IMG/VR virus record: IMGVR_UViG_3300048577_000531
Span: 1,459-65,458 of that record
DNA length: 64,000 nt
Origin: a virus
Direction: 5' to 3' (one strand)
Shown: positions 56,505 through 64,000 of the stretch, in pieces
Layout: every line of letters starts with the position of its first letter
How positions within the stretch are numbered: position 1 is the stretch's first letter
Position numbers and translations under genes: made by a program
The notes under the pieces: model-generated
Seen by the model: the letters and a program-made list of their open reading frames with translations, nothing else
Database searches by the model: none
What the model was told of the DNA's origin: nothing

Positions 56505-56536
56505 CCCCCATCTCCCCACAGAGAGAGGAAGGATAG
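55205..56536 (+). CDS. C5-cytosine DNA methyltransferase, catalytic frame
   Basis: FFAGIGG (I), SCPCQPFS (IV), FGEQV (VI), PHIRQR (VIII), LRAAGNAIVPQVA (X). Confidence 0.92.
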   Translation: MAAYYNEIDPYAAQWLRNLISAGHIAPGDVDERSIVDVRADDLKPYTQCHFFAGIGGWSLALRLAGWPDDRPVWTGSCPCQPFSAAGKGKAADDERHLWPAWFPLIRERRPAIVFGEQVEAAVGWGWLDLVFADLESEGYACGAAVLPACSVGAPHIRQRLWWVADADTRRGRRDAGTVLGAQGEAGRRVRGDVDGAQSGGATRDLADAPGERRDGSELAGASARAAGERTEASERRTSGICEPSGCNPTGNMADTPIFGRRQEREDAGRRGEGTGTQATRGGPGDGCAGGWMGDAASAGPLPSAHGRVPGEEEEAAQQCWRDGRRLAGPSGADSALGDSDTSRLSPRKRGIIREERGGHEGRAVEQPGHSPWSDLEWLPCSDGKARPTKPGLFPLAHGIPGRVGKLRAAGNAIVPQVAAEFIAAVIGDDQPITPISPQREEG

Positions 56537-56538
56537 AT

Positions 56539-56775
56539 ATGGGCTGCCATCCGAACATCACGGCGACCAAGTTTCCGAAGCAATCGAAGGTCGGCGAGCC
56601 GTGCAAGGTGTTGTTTCACTACGGCGCCGGCGGCGAGGCGCGGGGCGTGATCGTCCGCGACGACGTCGGGGAACCATGGATCGGCATCATCAAGCTCGAT
56701 GACGGCCGGCACATCCTGTTCACCGAATGCCAGTATCAGCCGCTGTCGCTGGCGTTGCCGAAAGGAAGCGCCTGA
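56539..56775 (+). CDS. Hypothetical phage protein (SH3-like)
   Basis: RBS GAGAGGAAGG; GVIVRDD..EP...IKLDDGR. Confidence 0.6.
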   Translation: MGCHPNITATKFPKQSKVGEPCKVLFHYGAGGEARGVIVRDDVGEPWIGIIKLDDGRHILFTECQYQPLSLALPKGSA

Positions 56776-56777
56776 CG

Positions 56778-57164
56778 ATGACCCTCACCTCCCGCCAGCG
56801 CGAAGAGCTTTACGACCTCTGCCGCGGCGAGGCGGAATATCCGACGTGCAACATTTGCGGCGGATTGATCCTGAAGGGGCAGCGCTGGCACGAGAGCCAC
56901 AATCCCTTGCTGCCTGGGGCGATCGGCGGCGAGGTCACCGGCATCGCACACGAGCGCTGCAACTTGCGCCACAACAACCTTCACGACACCCCGCTTGTCG
57001 CCAAGGTCAAGCGCCAACGCCAGCAGGATATCGGCGCCTACGTCAAAGCGCCGACGTCGCGGCCGATGCCGGGCTCCAGGCGCAGCGGAATCAAGATGTT
57101 CATGGACCGCCGCCGCCAGCCCATCTGGCGAGACAGCGGGCGGCCGGTCGGGAGGGAGAGATGA
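56778..57164 (+). CDS. HNH-like protein
   Basis: CNICG...WHESH...AHERCN..HN. Confidence 0.7.
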   Translation: MTLTSRQREELYDLCRGEAEYPTCNICGGLILKGQRWHESHNPLLPGAIGGEVTGIAHERCNLRHNNLHDTPLVAKVKRQRQQDIGAYVKAPTSRPMPGSRRSGIKMFMDRRRQPIWRDSGRPVGRER

Positions 57165-57484
57165 ACGCACCTTTCACCGACACCCCGGTCAAGTGCTCGT
57201 TTCTTCTCGATCACCGCTACACGTCGACGACGATTGAACTGTGGGTGTGGCAGAATTTGATGCGGATGGCCGGCGAGCGTGGCTTGTCGCGGCAGGCCTT
57301 GATCCAGGAGATTCACGACCGCCGGCGGCGTGGCGTTCGCCTGTCGGTCGCGCTTCGCGCCGCCGTAGCGGAAGATCTCATGAGAAAGGCGTTCGGCGAG
57401 GCATCGCCGACGTTAGTGAGGTGTTTTTGCCAGTCGACGCGCCCCGTCGACAAACCGAAGGAGACTTGTAATGCGTACTCCTGA
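57161..57484 (+). CDS. Ribbon-helix-helix (RHH_4-like) DNA-binding protein
   Basis: TTIELWVWQNLMRMAGERGLSRQALIQEI...LSVALR. Confidence 0.7.
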   Translation: MNAPFTDTPVKCSFLLDHRYTSTTIELWVWQNLMRMAGERGLSRQALIQEIHDRRRRGVRLSVALRAAVAEDLMRKAFGEASPTLVRCFCQSTRPVDKPKETCNAYS

Positions 57485-58589
57485 CATCGAGATCCTGAGT
57501 AACCCTTTCATCCTTCATCCAAGCGGCCGTATCGGCGCCGACATGGAGACGATCACCCGGGTAATCGCCGAAAGCCCGATCACGGCGCCGACCGGAGTCG
57601 TCTTCGACGGCACGCTGGCGAGCCTGATCCGCTGCTACCAAGCCGATCCGGACTCGCCGCTCAAAGACACCCGTTACAAGACGCGCCTTTTCTACGACTC
57701 GATCTGCCGCCGGCTGACGGCTGATTGCGGGAGCGAGCGCCTTGCGGACTTCGACGTCCGCCGCGTCAAGCGTCTTTATGAGGGATGGTCGGCCGACGGA
57801 AAGGTGACGATGGGCCACACCTGCGTCGCCATGCTGCGCATCGTGCTGACCTACGGCACCACCTATCTGCGCGATCCGGCGTGCCGCGACCTTCGCCTGC
57901 TGCTGCACGACATGCGGTTCAAGATGCCGGCGCCCCGGCGCGAACGACTCACCGCCGAGCAGGCGACGCTCATCCGCGCGCGGGCGCACAAGGTCGGTCG
58001 TCACAGCGTAGCGCTCGCCCAGGCGATCCAATTCGAGTGCATCCTTCGCCAGAAGGACGTCATCGGCGAATGGGTGCCCGATAGCGAGCCGGTCGCCTCC
58101 GACATCCATCACGGCGGCTTCAAATGGATCAGGGGCGCTCGCTGGAGCGAGGTCGACGCGGATCTCGTATTGCGCCACACGACGTCGAAGAAGCTTAAGG
58201 ACGTCGAGATTGATCTGACGCTCGCCCCAATGGTGATGGAGGAGATCGATCTTTTGCCGACGTCGGTGCAAGCGCGCCGCGGCGATGGTGGCCCAATCAT
58301 CGTCGCCGAGAAGAGCGGGTTGCCGTGGCTTTCTGGCGAATTCAGGCGCATCTGGCGTCTGATCGCGCGCGACTGCGGCATCCCCGACAGCGTTCGCAAC
58401 ATGGATACCAGAGCCGGCGCGATCACCGAGGCGACAGAAGCTGGCGCGCCAATGCTTGCGATCAAGCAGGCCGCTACGCATAGCCAGATTTCAATGACTG
58501 AACGCTATGCGCGGCCAGGCCCGAAGGCGTCAGCAGAGGTCGCGCGCTATCGCGTCGCGCATCGAAACGTCGGCAGCAGTATGAACTAG
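57471..58589 (+). CDS. Second tyrosine recombinase (internal)
   Basis: ILRQKDVIGEW (R), TTSKK (K), RNMDTRAGAITEA (R), ATHS (H), TERY (Y). Confidence 0.85.
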   Translation: MRTPDIEILSNPFILHPSGRIGADMETITRVIAESPITAPTGVVFDGTLASLIRCYQADPDSPLKDTRYKTRLFYDSICRRLTADCGSERLADFDVRRVKRLYEGWSADGKVTMGHTCVAMLRIVLTYGTTYLRDPACRDLRLLLHDMRFKMPAPRRERLTAEQATLIRARAHKVGRHSVALAQAIQFECILRQKDVIGEWVPDSEPVASDIHHGGFKWIRGARWSEVDADLVLRHTTSKKLKDVEIDLTLAPMVMEEIDLLPTSVQARRGDGGPIIVAEKSGLPWLSGEFRRIWRLIARDCGIPDSVRNMDTRAGAITEATEAGAPMLAIKQAATHSQISMTERYARPGPKASAEVARYRVAHRNVGSSMN

Positions 58590-58600
58590 GGCATAGGAAC

Positions 58601-59479
58601 ATGACGGTCGCCGAGGAGATCGAGTATCGACGCGATAAGGAGCGCGAGGCCGTGCGTCTCGCCGCGAAGTACGTCAAGACGGAGAATTACGACGACGCAG
58701 CCAGTTGCTATAGAGCGGCGGCGTTCCATCGAGCGATCCGTCTGCACCTCGAACAGCGCAAGCGGCGCTAACCAGAGCATAGCGAGGAACCAGGGACTAG
58801 ATGGAAGATGTCGAAGGCCAACAGGAAACTGACGCCGATCGGGAAGACCAGACAGAAATTGGAGCGCATATGGAACGCAAGACTCTTACGTACCGAGACG
58901 GGCTCGAACGAGCGGCCGAAGAGGTCCAGATCGTATGCGACCGGCTCGATAAGCCAAAACTCGGAGAAATCATAGCTTCGTGGGTCCGTGGCCTACCGGA
59001 CGATCCGACCGCTTTGCACATAGGGACGCCGGCGCAGAAACGTGATTAACCCAGAGCAGCACAATGACGCCAGAAATCGGCACGTTCAAAACTGTCTACA
59101 TCTGGAAGCGCACAGGAGAGTTGCGCCAACGGATGCACGTCTGTGATCTGGGGATGATGCAGCAGACTCCTATACTGGAACAAGCGTGGATCTGCGAGCA
59201 AACCGGCGAGACTGAGTGGCGCCGCGTTCCCATAGTTAAGCAGTGCGACTGCGAGCAGAGGTGATGGAGCAAAGGAACGAGGCGATGGCAAGGGGCGACA
59301 CCACGTACAGCGATGAAGTTCCTGGAGCCAGGGGCAATTACGGCTGGCCAGCTACGTTCGACCTTACGGACGGATACCTTGGCATCACTCAATTCGAAGG
59401 CGACACCGTGAAAGATCGCGTGTTGCTGTCCCCGCGACAAGTCGCGGCGCTTGTCGCCTTCGTGTCGAAACGAAAGTGA
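58601..59479 (+). other. Four small early ORFs (58601-58771, 58801-59049, 59064-59264, 59264-59479)
   Basis: Co-oriented short ORFs; lower GC. Confidence 0.5.
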
Positions 59480-59495
59480 TGGAGCATTAAGGCAA

Positions 59496-60221
59496 ATGCG
59501 CTCGCTAGACCTTTTCTCGTGCCTTGGCTTCCACGCTATCGGATTCGAGCGGGCCGGCATCAAGACAAGGGCGTTTTGTGAGATTAACCCCTACAGGCGA
59601 ATGCAGATCAGGCGCAGATTTCCAGGGATCGAGGTCGAATGTGACATACGAGATTTCTACTATGATGGGACGCCATCCGCTGACATCGTCATCGGCGGCC
59701 CACCCTGCCAGCGAACAAGCGTCGCCGCCGCAATCCACGGCAAACGAACCGGTGAAAGCCTTTGGCCATACATGCTCACTGTCGGACAGTGCAGCGGCGC
59801 CGATTGGTTTGTCGTGGAGCAGCCCCCTGGAAACGCGTCGTGGGAAGCCGAAGTCGCTTGTGACCTTTCCAAGACTGGCCGCCACGTCGCCCGATTTGAG
59901 TTCGGCGCTTGCGACGTTGGTGCGCCTTATCTTCGCCGGCGAGTGTTCTTGGTTGCCAGCTCCAGCCTGCCGCGATTGGAGGTCGCCAGGCAAGCGCTCC
60001 CATCCGCGATTGCAGAGGTCAAGAGGTCAGCAAATGCCAGAGGTGATTGGAACCCGCATCAGCTCGCAACTCTACCAGTGGATGCTCGGAGTGCCGGTGA
60101 GTTCGATCAGGGCCACGCGAGCCGAGAACGGCGGGAGTTGATCGAGGCCCTGGGCGACAGCAATCCGCCGCATATGGCGGAAGCGATCGGTCGCGCGATC
60201 GTCGCGGCAAACCAGTGTTAA
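59496..60221 (+). CDS. Second C5-cytosine DNA methyltransferase, catalytic frame
   Basis: LDLFSCLG (I), GGPPCQ (IV), VVEQP (VI), PYLRRRVF (VIII), LGDSNPPHMAEAIG (X-like). Confidence 0.85.
   Translation: MRSLDLFSCLGFHAIGFERAGIKTRAFCEINPYRRMQIRRRFPGIEVECDIRDFYYDGTPSADIVIGGPPCQRTSVAAAIHGKRTGESLWPYMLTVGQCSGADWFVVEQPPGNASWEAEVACDLSKTGRHVARFEFGACDVGAPYLRRRVFLVASSSLPRLEVARQALPSAIAEVKRSANARGDWNPHQLATLPVDARSAGEFDQGHASRERRELIEALGDSNPPHMAEAIGRAIVAANQC
59524..60141 (+). CDS. Overlapping +1-frame partner of the second C5 MTase; start uncertain
   Basis: WLPAPACRDWRS and ISSQLYQWMLGVP, mirroring the first MTase partner. Confidence 0.6.
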   Translation: MASTLSDSSGPASRQGRFVRLTPTGECRSGADFQGSRSNVTYEISTMMGRHPLTSSSAAHPASEQASPPQSTANEPVKAFGHTCSLSDSAAAPIGLSWSSPLETRRGKPKSLVTFPRLAATSPDLSSALATLVRLIFAGECSWLPAPACRDWRSPGKRSHPRLQRSRGQQMPEVIGTRISSQLYQWMLGVPVSSIRATRAENGGS

Positions 60222-60389
60222 CCTGAGGATATGAACGACGGTAGACGGTGGGTTGGTTGGCGCGTTTCTGACCCATTCGTGACAGGCTCGGCGGGCGGCC
60301 CCGTTAGCGTGAATCTCTGTGCTGGCCAGTTTTCACAGGGAAGAGCGCAAAAGCCCGCATAAATTCAGAGTTAACGGGAGATCAACCAC

Positions 60390-61858
60390 AATGAACGACG
60401 AAAATCTACTTAAGCAGCTCGACGAGTTTGTGAGCGAGCACATGCGCGCCGACCACAAGACAGCGGGAGAATGTCTCTCCAAGAAAGACGATATCGGCGC
60501 AAACTGGTGGGGTGGGAGGTGGAACGGCCTCTCCCTCGTCAAGGACTGGATCGCGGAGAAGCGCAGCTAACGGAACATTCGCGATGAGTGAAGCCATCGA
60601 ACGAGCTGCTGCCGCGATAGGTCTTGAACTCGGTCCTCCGGACTGCTGCGGGCCGTGGACTGAAAGCTACCGGCCTCATGTGAAGTGGCCGGACGACTAC
60701 TCCAAATCTGAACGAGCGAAACTGCGTTCTGCCGCTGCAGCCGCTTTGATGGCCGCGAACGTCATTCATCAGTAGGTTGGGAGGAGATCGTGAGTGGCGC
60801 CAAGAAGATCATCGAAGGACTAGAGGACGCGATAGCGGGCAACATTGAGCGCGCAACCTTCTTTGGTATCGACTTCGGAAGTGGGGATATGGGCGCGCTC
60901 CGTTGCCCGCGGTGCGGCTCTCCGAGCTCATGGTCGGCACCAGATCCCGCCCCGTCGCATTGCTGGGATTGCGGCATCGAATTCCGGTTTCGATAGGAGC
61001 ACTAACGATGACGCAGGAACAACCTGAGATCCGAACTATGGTTTGTCCGTACTGCGGGTACATATGCCGGACAGCGTCAATCGGGGCCGTCCATTGCGGG
61101 CCGCATATATCGTCTTTCGGCGGCAACTTTTATCCAGCCGTGCGAATGGTCGAGAAGAACGCCGTTGCCGGTGAGATAGTTGGGGAGTCGAAGCCGTGAC
61201 CTCAGATGACAAAACATTCGACGTTGTGGTCAGGGTATACTCCTTCGTCGTGCTCGCCGCGGGTATTGGACTTGGATGGATGATCCGAGCCGCCCTGTAT
61301 TGATACCGAGGTAGTGAAGGAATCGAAGCCATGAACATGGCGACCGCGCCCGAGATCGAGGTTGACGAGGACACGTTGCGCCTACGGTGGGCTGGCGATG
61401 GCGAGAGCTTCACAATTGTGATCGAAAACGGTCGCGCCTTGGCCGTCAGTTGCAAGCTTGACCCGGCCAGCGCGTTAATCCCATGGAGCATTGCGCTCCC
61501 CGACGGCCTCATCCGAGTTGACGAGAGTGCAGTTGTTTCCTGATTAACGAGGTTTGCGATGGATGCGGAGACTATGGCCGCCTTCGGTGCATCAGAAAGC
61601 GCCTGCTACAAGTGGCCTGACGACACGGACATGCATAGAGCGTGTCGTGCCGCATTTTGTGATGGCGCCGGTTGGGCAGCCGCCGAGATCGAGCGCCTGA
61701 CGCGCGAGAACGAGCGACTGCGGGACATGGTAGATAACCGCAACGAGTTCATCGCTGAGCGCGGGTTGTGGCGTGAACTCGGCCAGTACCTTAGCGAACC
61801 AAGCGCTACTGAGCAGTCTATGCCGGCCACCTCTATTCCTTCACCATCCGAAGGGTGA
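60390..61858 (+). other. Cluster of small hypothetical early ORFs, including Zn-ribbon proteins
   Basis: Co-oriented 60-100 aa ORFs; CPRCG..CWDCG, CPYCG. Confidence 0.55.
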
Positions 61859-61862
61859 GAGG

Positions 61863-62090
61863 ATGCCCGACGAATATCTTCGCTACCCGATCACGATCTT
61901 CTGGAGCGACGAGGACGCGGCCTTCATAGCGATCGCGCCAGACCTCCCTGGTTGCTCGGCATTCGGCGTGTCGCGTGGCCGCGCCGCCGTCGCGATCAGT
62001 CAGGCGATCAATTGCTGGATCGATGCCGCCAGGAAGGCCGGCAATCCGGTGCCGGCGCCGAGCGCCGGCCCGCGGCCAGCCGGAGGGTGA
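61863..62090 (+). CDS. HicB-like antitoxin domain protein (no adjacent HicA)
   Basis: YPITIFWSDED..FIAIAPDLPGCSAFG...AI..WI.AA...G.PVP.P. Confidence 0.88.
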   Translation: MPDEYLRYPITIFWSDEDAAFIAIAPDLPGCSAFGVSRGRAAVAISQAINCWIDAARKAGNPVPAPSAGPRPAGG

Positions 62091-62149
62091 GAGAGGATGG
62101 CCGAGCGCGTCCGCCTCGCCGTAGCTGCCGAGATCCTGGGGAGTTGATT

Positions 62150-62449
62150 ATGTACACATCTAGCGACGCGAGAGATTTTCCTGCCGCCCCTCCCCGCACC
62201 TATTGGAGGGGGAAAACGCTTTGGGCGAACCTTCAGGTCGCCGGCCGACAATACAGAAAATCGCTGCACACCAGCGACCCAGCGACAGCGGCGCTGCGCG
62301 TCGAAGAGTTGCGCGCAGCGCTTCCACGGGACGAACAGATTTTACTGACGCGATTTCGAGCATACTGCACGAAAGGTGAATGGTTCCTGCGCGAAGGCTT
62401 GCTTGATCGATGGATCAGCGAGGGCTTCCCGTCAGCTCTAGATGGATGA
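62150..62449 (+). CDS. Integrase arm-binding-like fragment fused to a short GEWF tail
   Basis: WANLQVAGRQYRKSLHTSDPATA; RFRAYCTKGEWF. Confidence 0.55.
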   Translation: MYTSSDARDFPAAPPRTYWRGKTLWANLQVAGRQYRKSLHTSDPATAALRVEELRAALPRDEQILLTRFRAYCTKGEWFLREGLLDRWISEGFPSALDG

Positions 62450-62890
62450 ATGGCGATGGCCTACATCGAGCCCGCCTCGCTTGAAACTCGCTCGCCGGTG
62501 CCGGCGCGCGTGCTGGCAGCTTTCGATGGCCGGGCATACCTGACCTTCCCCGAGCTCGCCGCTGCCATGGAGATGGACGCCAAGACCTTGCGGCGGTGTT
62601 GCGATGCCGGTCAGATCGATTGCCTGCGCAAGGGCACCGGCGGCGTACGCACCCACAGGGTCTTCACCCTCGCCCAGGTCGAGGCGTACTATCTCAGGAA
62701 TCAGATCAGGGGTGGGGACGCATGTCCGTCTACAGGCACCGGAATTCGCCTTGCTGGCAATTCGACTTTCAGCGCGCGGGTTATCGATTTTCCGGGACAA
62801 CCGAGGTCCCCGTCGACCGACCTAAGGCCGAAGCTCAGGCAGCGGAGGCCGCGAAGATTGAAGCCGCCGAGCGGCTGGTCAAAGACATAA
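62450..62890 (+). CDS. xis: Excisionase-like HTH protein overlapping the int 5' end
   Basis: YLTFPELAAAMEMDAKTLRRCCDAGQI...RVFTLAQVEAY. Confidence 0.7.
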   Translation: MAMAYIEPASLETRSPVPARVLAAFDGRAYLTFPELAAAMEMDAKTLRRCCDAGQIDCLRKGTGGVRTHRVFTLAQVEAYYLRNQIRGGDACPSTGTGIRLAGNSTFSARVIDFPGQPRSPSTDLRPKLRQRRPRRLKPPSGWSKT

Positions 62891-63909
62891 AGGCGAGCGG
62901 CCGCGCGCCGATGACGCTGGGTGCCGCCTGCGACCGCTGGTGGCAAGAGGTCGGTCAGGACCTTGCCGAGCATGCCACGATCAAGCCCGCCCTCGATTTT
63001 CTCAAAGCTCAGATCGGTGCCGGGAAGCCCCTACATGGGTTGACCGAGAACGACGTCCTGGAGGCCATCCGGGTGCGTCGGACGCACCTCAAGCGCGTGG
63101 GCCGCGACGCCAAGGGCAAGCAACTCTACCGGCCGATCGGGCCCCGCACGGTCAACAACACCGTGCCGATCCTGCTGCGGCGGATCGTCCGGCGCGCGCG
63201 CGACCTGTGGAAGGCCGTTGTGCTGCAGGAGCCGGCCTGGAGCCGGCTTTGCCTGGAGGTGCCGAAGTTCAAGACGGCCGAACTTTCGCTCGAGGAAGAG
63301 GACGCGATCGACGCGAGCGAGCGGGATGACTACCAGGACATTCGTCACTTCGCGACCATCACCGGCCTACGGCTGAGGGAGGCCATCCTGCGCTGGCGCG
63401 ACGTCGACTTCGACAATGCCGTCGTGCACGTCATTGCCAAGGGGCACGAGCCCCGCACCGTACCGCTTTCCCGGGCCGCCTATCAGATCCTGTGGCGCCA
63501 GCGCGGCCGGCATCCGGAATTCGTGTTCACCTTCATCGCCGAGAGGACCAAGATCGACCCCCGATCGAAACGCGAGTATGTCCGTGGCGCACGCTACCCC
63601 ATCACGACTTCCGGGATCACTTCGAACCGCAAGCGGCACTGGCCTGTCAAGAAGCGCTGGCACGACCTGCGCCACACGACCGGCCGGCGCACACTTCGCG
63701 AAACCGGCAACCTCAAGATCGTGCAGAAGTTGCTAGGCCACAGCGACATCAAAACCACGTCGGAATTCTACGCCGACGTCCTGATCGACGACATCCGCCA
63801 AGCCATGAATGCGACCGAAACAGCGATCGAGTCCCGGAGAAATTCCAGGATGCGTGCCAACGAAGCCGGCAAGCAATTGAAGCAAAAGACGAAACGGAAA
63901 TCAGACTAG
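62722..63909 (+). CDS. int: Prophage tyrosine integrase
   Basis: MSVYRHRNSPCWQFDF arm domain; TGLRLREA, AKG, WHDLRH, LLGHS, EFY; adjacent to att. Confidence 0.96.
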   Translation: MSVYRHRNSPCWQFDFQRAGYRFSGTTEVPVDRPKAEAQAAEAAKIEAAERLVKDIKASGRAPMTLGAACDRWWQEVGQDLAEHATIKPALDFLKAQIGAGKPLHGLTENDVLEAIRVRRTHLKRVGRDAKGKQLYRPIGPRTVNNTVPILLRRIVRRARDLWKAVVLQEPAWSRLCLEVPKFKTAELSLEEEDAIDASERDDYQDIRHFATITGLRLREAILRWRDVDFDNAVVHVIAKGHEPRTVPLSRAAYQILWRQRGRHPEFVFTFIAERTKIDPRSKREYVRGARYPITTSGITSNRKRHWPVKKRWHDLRHTTGRRTLRETGNLKIVQKLLGHSDIKTTSEFYADVLIDDIRQAMNATETAIESRRNSRMRANEAGKQLKQKTKRKSD

Positions 63910-63916
63910 AAGCCTT

Positions 63917-63958
63917 CGAATCTGAGGGTCGGCGGTTCGAATCCGTCCGAGCGCGCCA
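63917..63958 (+). tRNA. 3' half of tRNA-Arg (attR); not an intact gene
   Basis: CGAATCTGA-GGGTC-GGCGG-TTCGAAT-CCGTC-CGAGCGC-G-CCA; D arm and 5' acceptor strand absent; Arg(ACG) identity inferred from the GCGCTCG-type acceptor. Confidence 0.85.
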
Positions 63959-64000
63959 GCAACATCCATGTCCGACCTGGAGACATGGGTGACGGAGCGT

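Larger units (their letters stand above)
1..63958. mobile_element. Temperate siphovirus prophage (lambda-like organisation, HK97 head); left end lies outside the window
   Basis: Continuous integrase, early genes, cI/cro, replication, terminase, portal, protease, capsid, tail and lysis modules; ends at a tRNA 3' half. Confidence 0.97.

Noticed and set aside
57378-58481. 367-aa minus-strand ORF over the internal recombinase
   Set aside because: Antisense shadow without motifs, unlike the same-strand MTase overlaps, which carry conserved motifs.
61863-62090. Complete HicAB toxin-antitoxin system
   Set aside because: No HicA-like ORF on either side.
63917-63958. Intact tRNA gene
   Set aside because: Only the anticodon 3' side through CCA is present; upstream is integrase coding sequence.

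Overview
Almost the whole window (1 to ~63958) is one temperate, lambda-like siphovirus prophage. The host is inferred to be an alphaproteobacterium (Hyphomicrobiales-like), from the high GC, a GapR homologue and the cro/cI style. The prophage continues beyond the left edge and ends on the right at a tRNA-Arg 3' half (attR). From right to left it carries: a tyrosine integrase and xis; a rightward early operon (~51500-62900) with two C5 methyltransferases, a second tyrosine recombinase and an orphan HicB; a cI/cro switch with four 14-bp palindromic operators; a leftward early/middle operon (CII-like, DUF5131, ParB-like, GapR, PD-(D/E)xK nuclease, three amino-MTases, HTH replication initiator, NusG paralogue); then HNH, terminase, HK97 head, tail with a -1 frameshifted chaperone, fibres, lysis genes and an SGNH esterase. 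An OafA-like acyltransferase moron lies on the opposite strand. The most unusual observations are: (1) both C5 methyltransferases appear split between two overlapping same-strand frames, with the WPTP-repeat and motif-IX-like parts in the +1 frame; (2) a 143-nt tRNA-shaped non-coding element with a 91-nt insert, set among other structured non-coding blocks; (3) a late leader after the NusG paralogue with 12-bp repeats and three hairpin-CATAGG units carrying anti-Shine-Dalgarno motifs; (4) a second recombinase plus a vestigial xis-int remnant. All family calls come from motif recognition by eye; no database searches were run.
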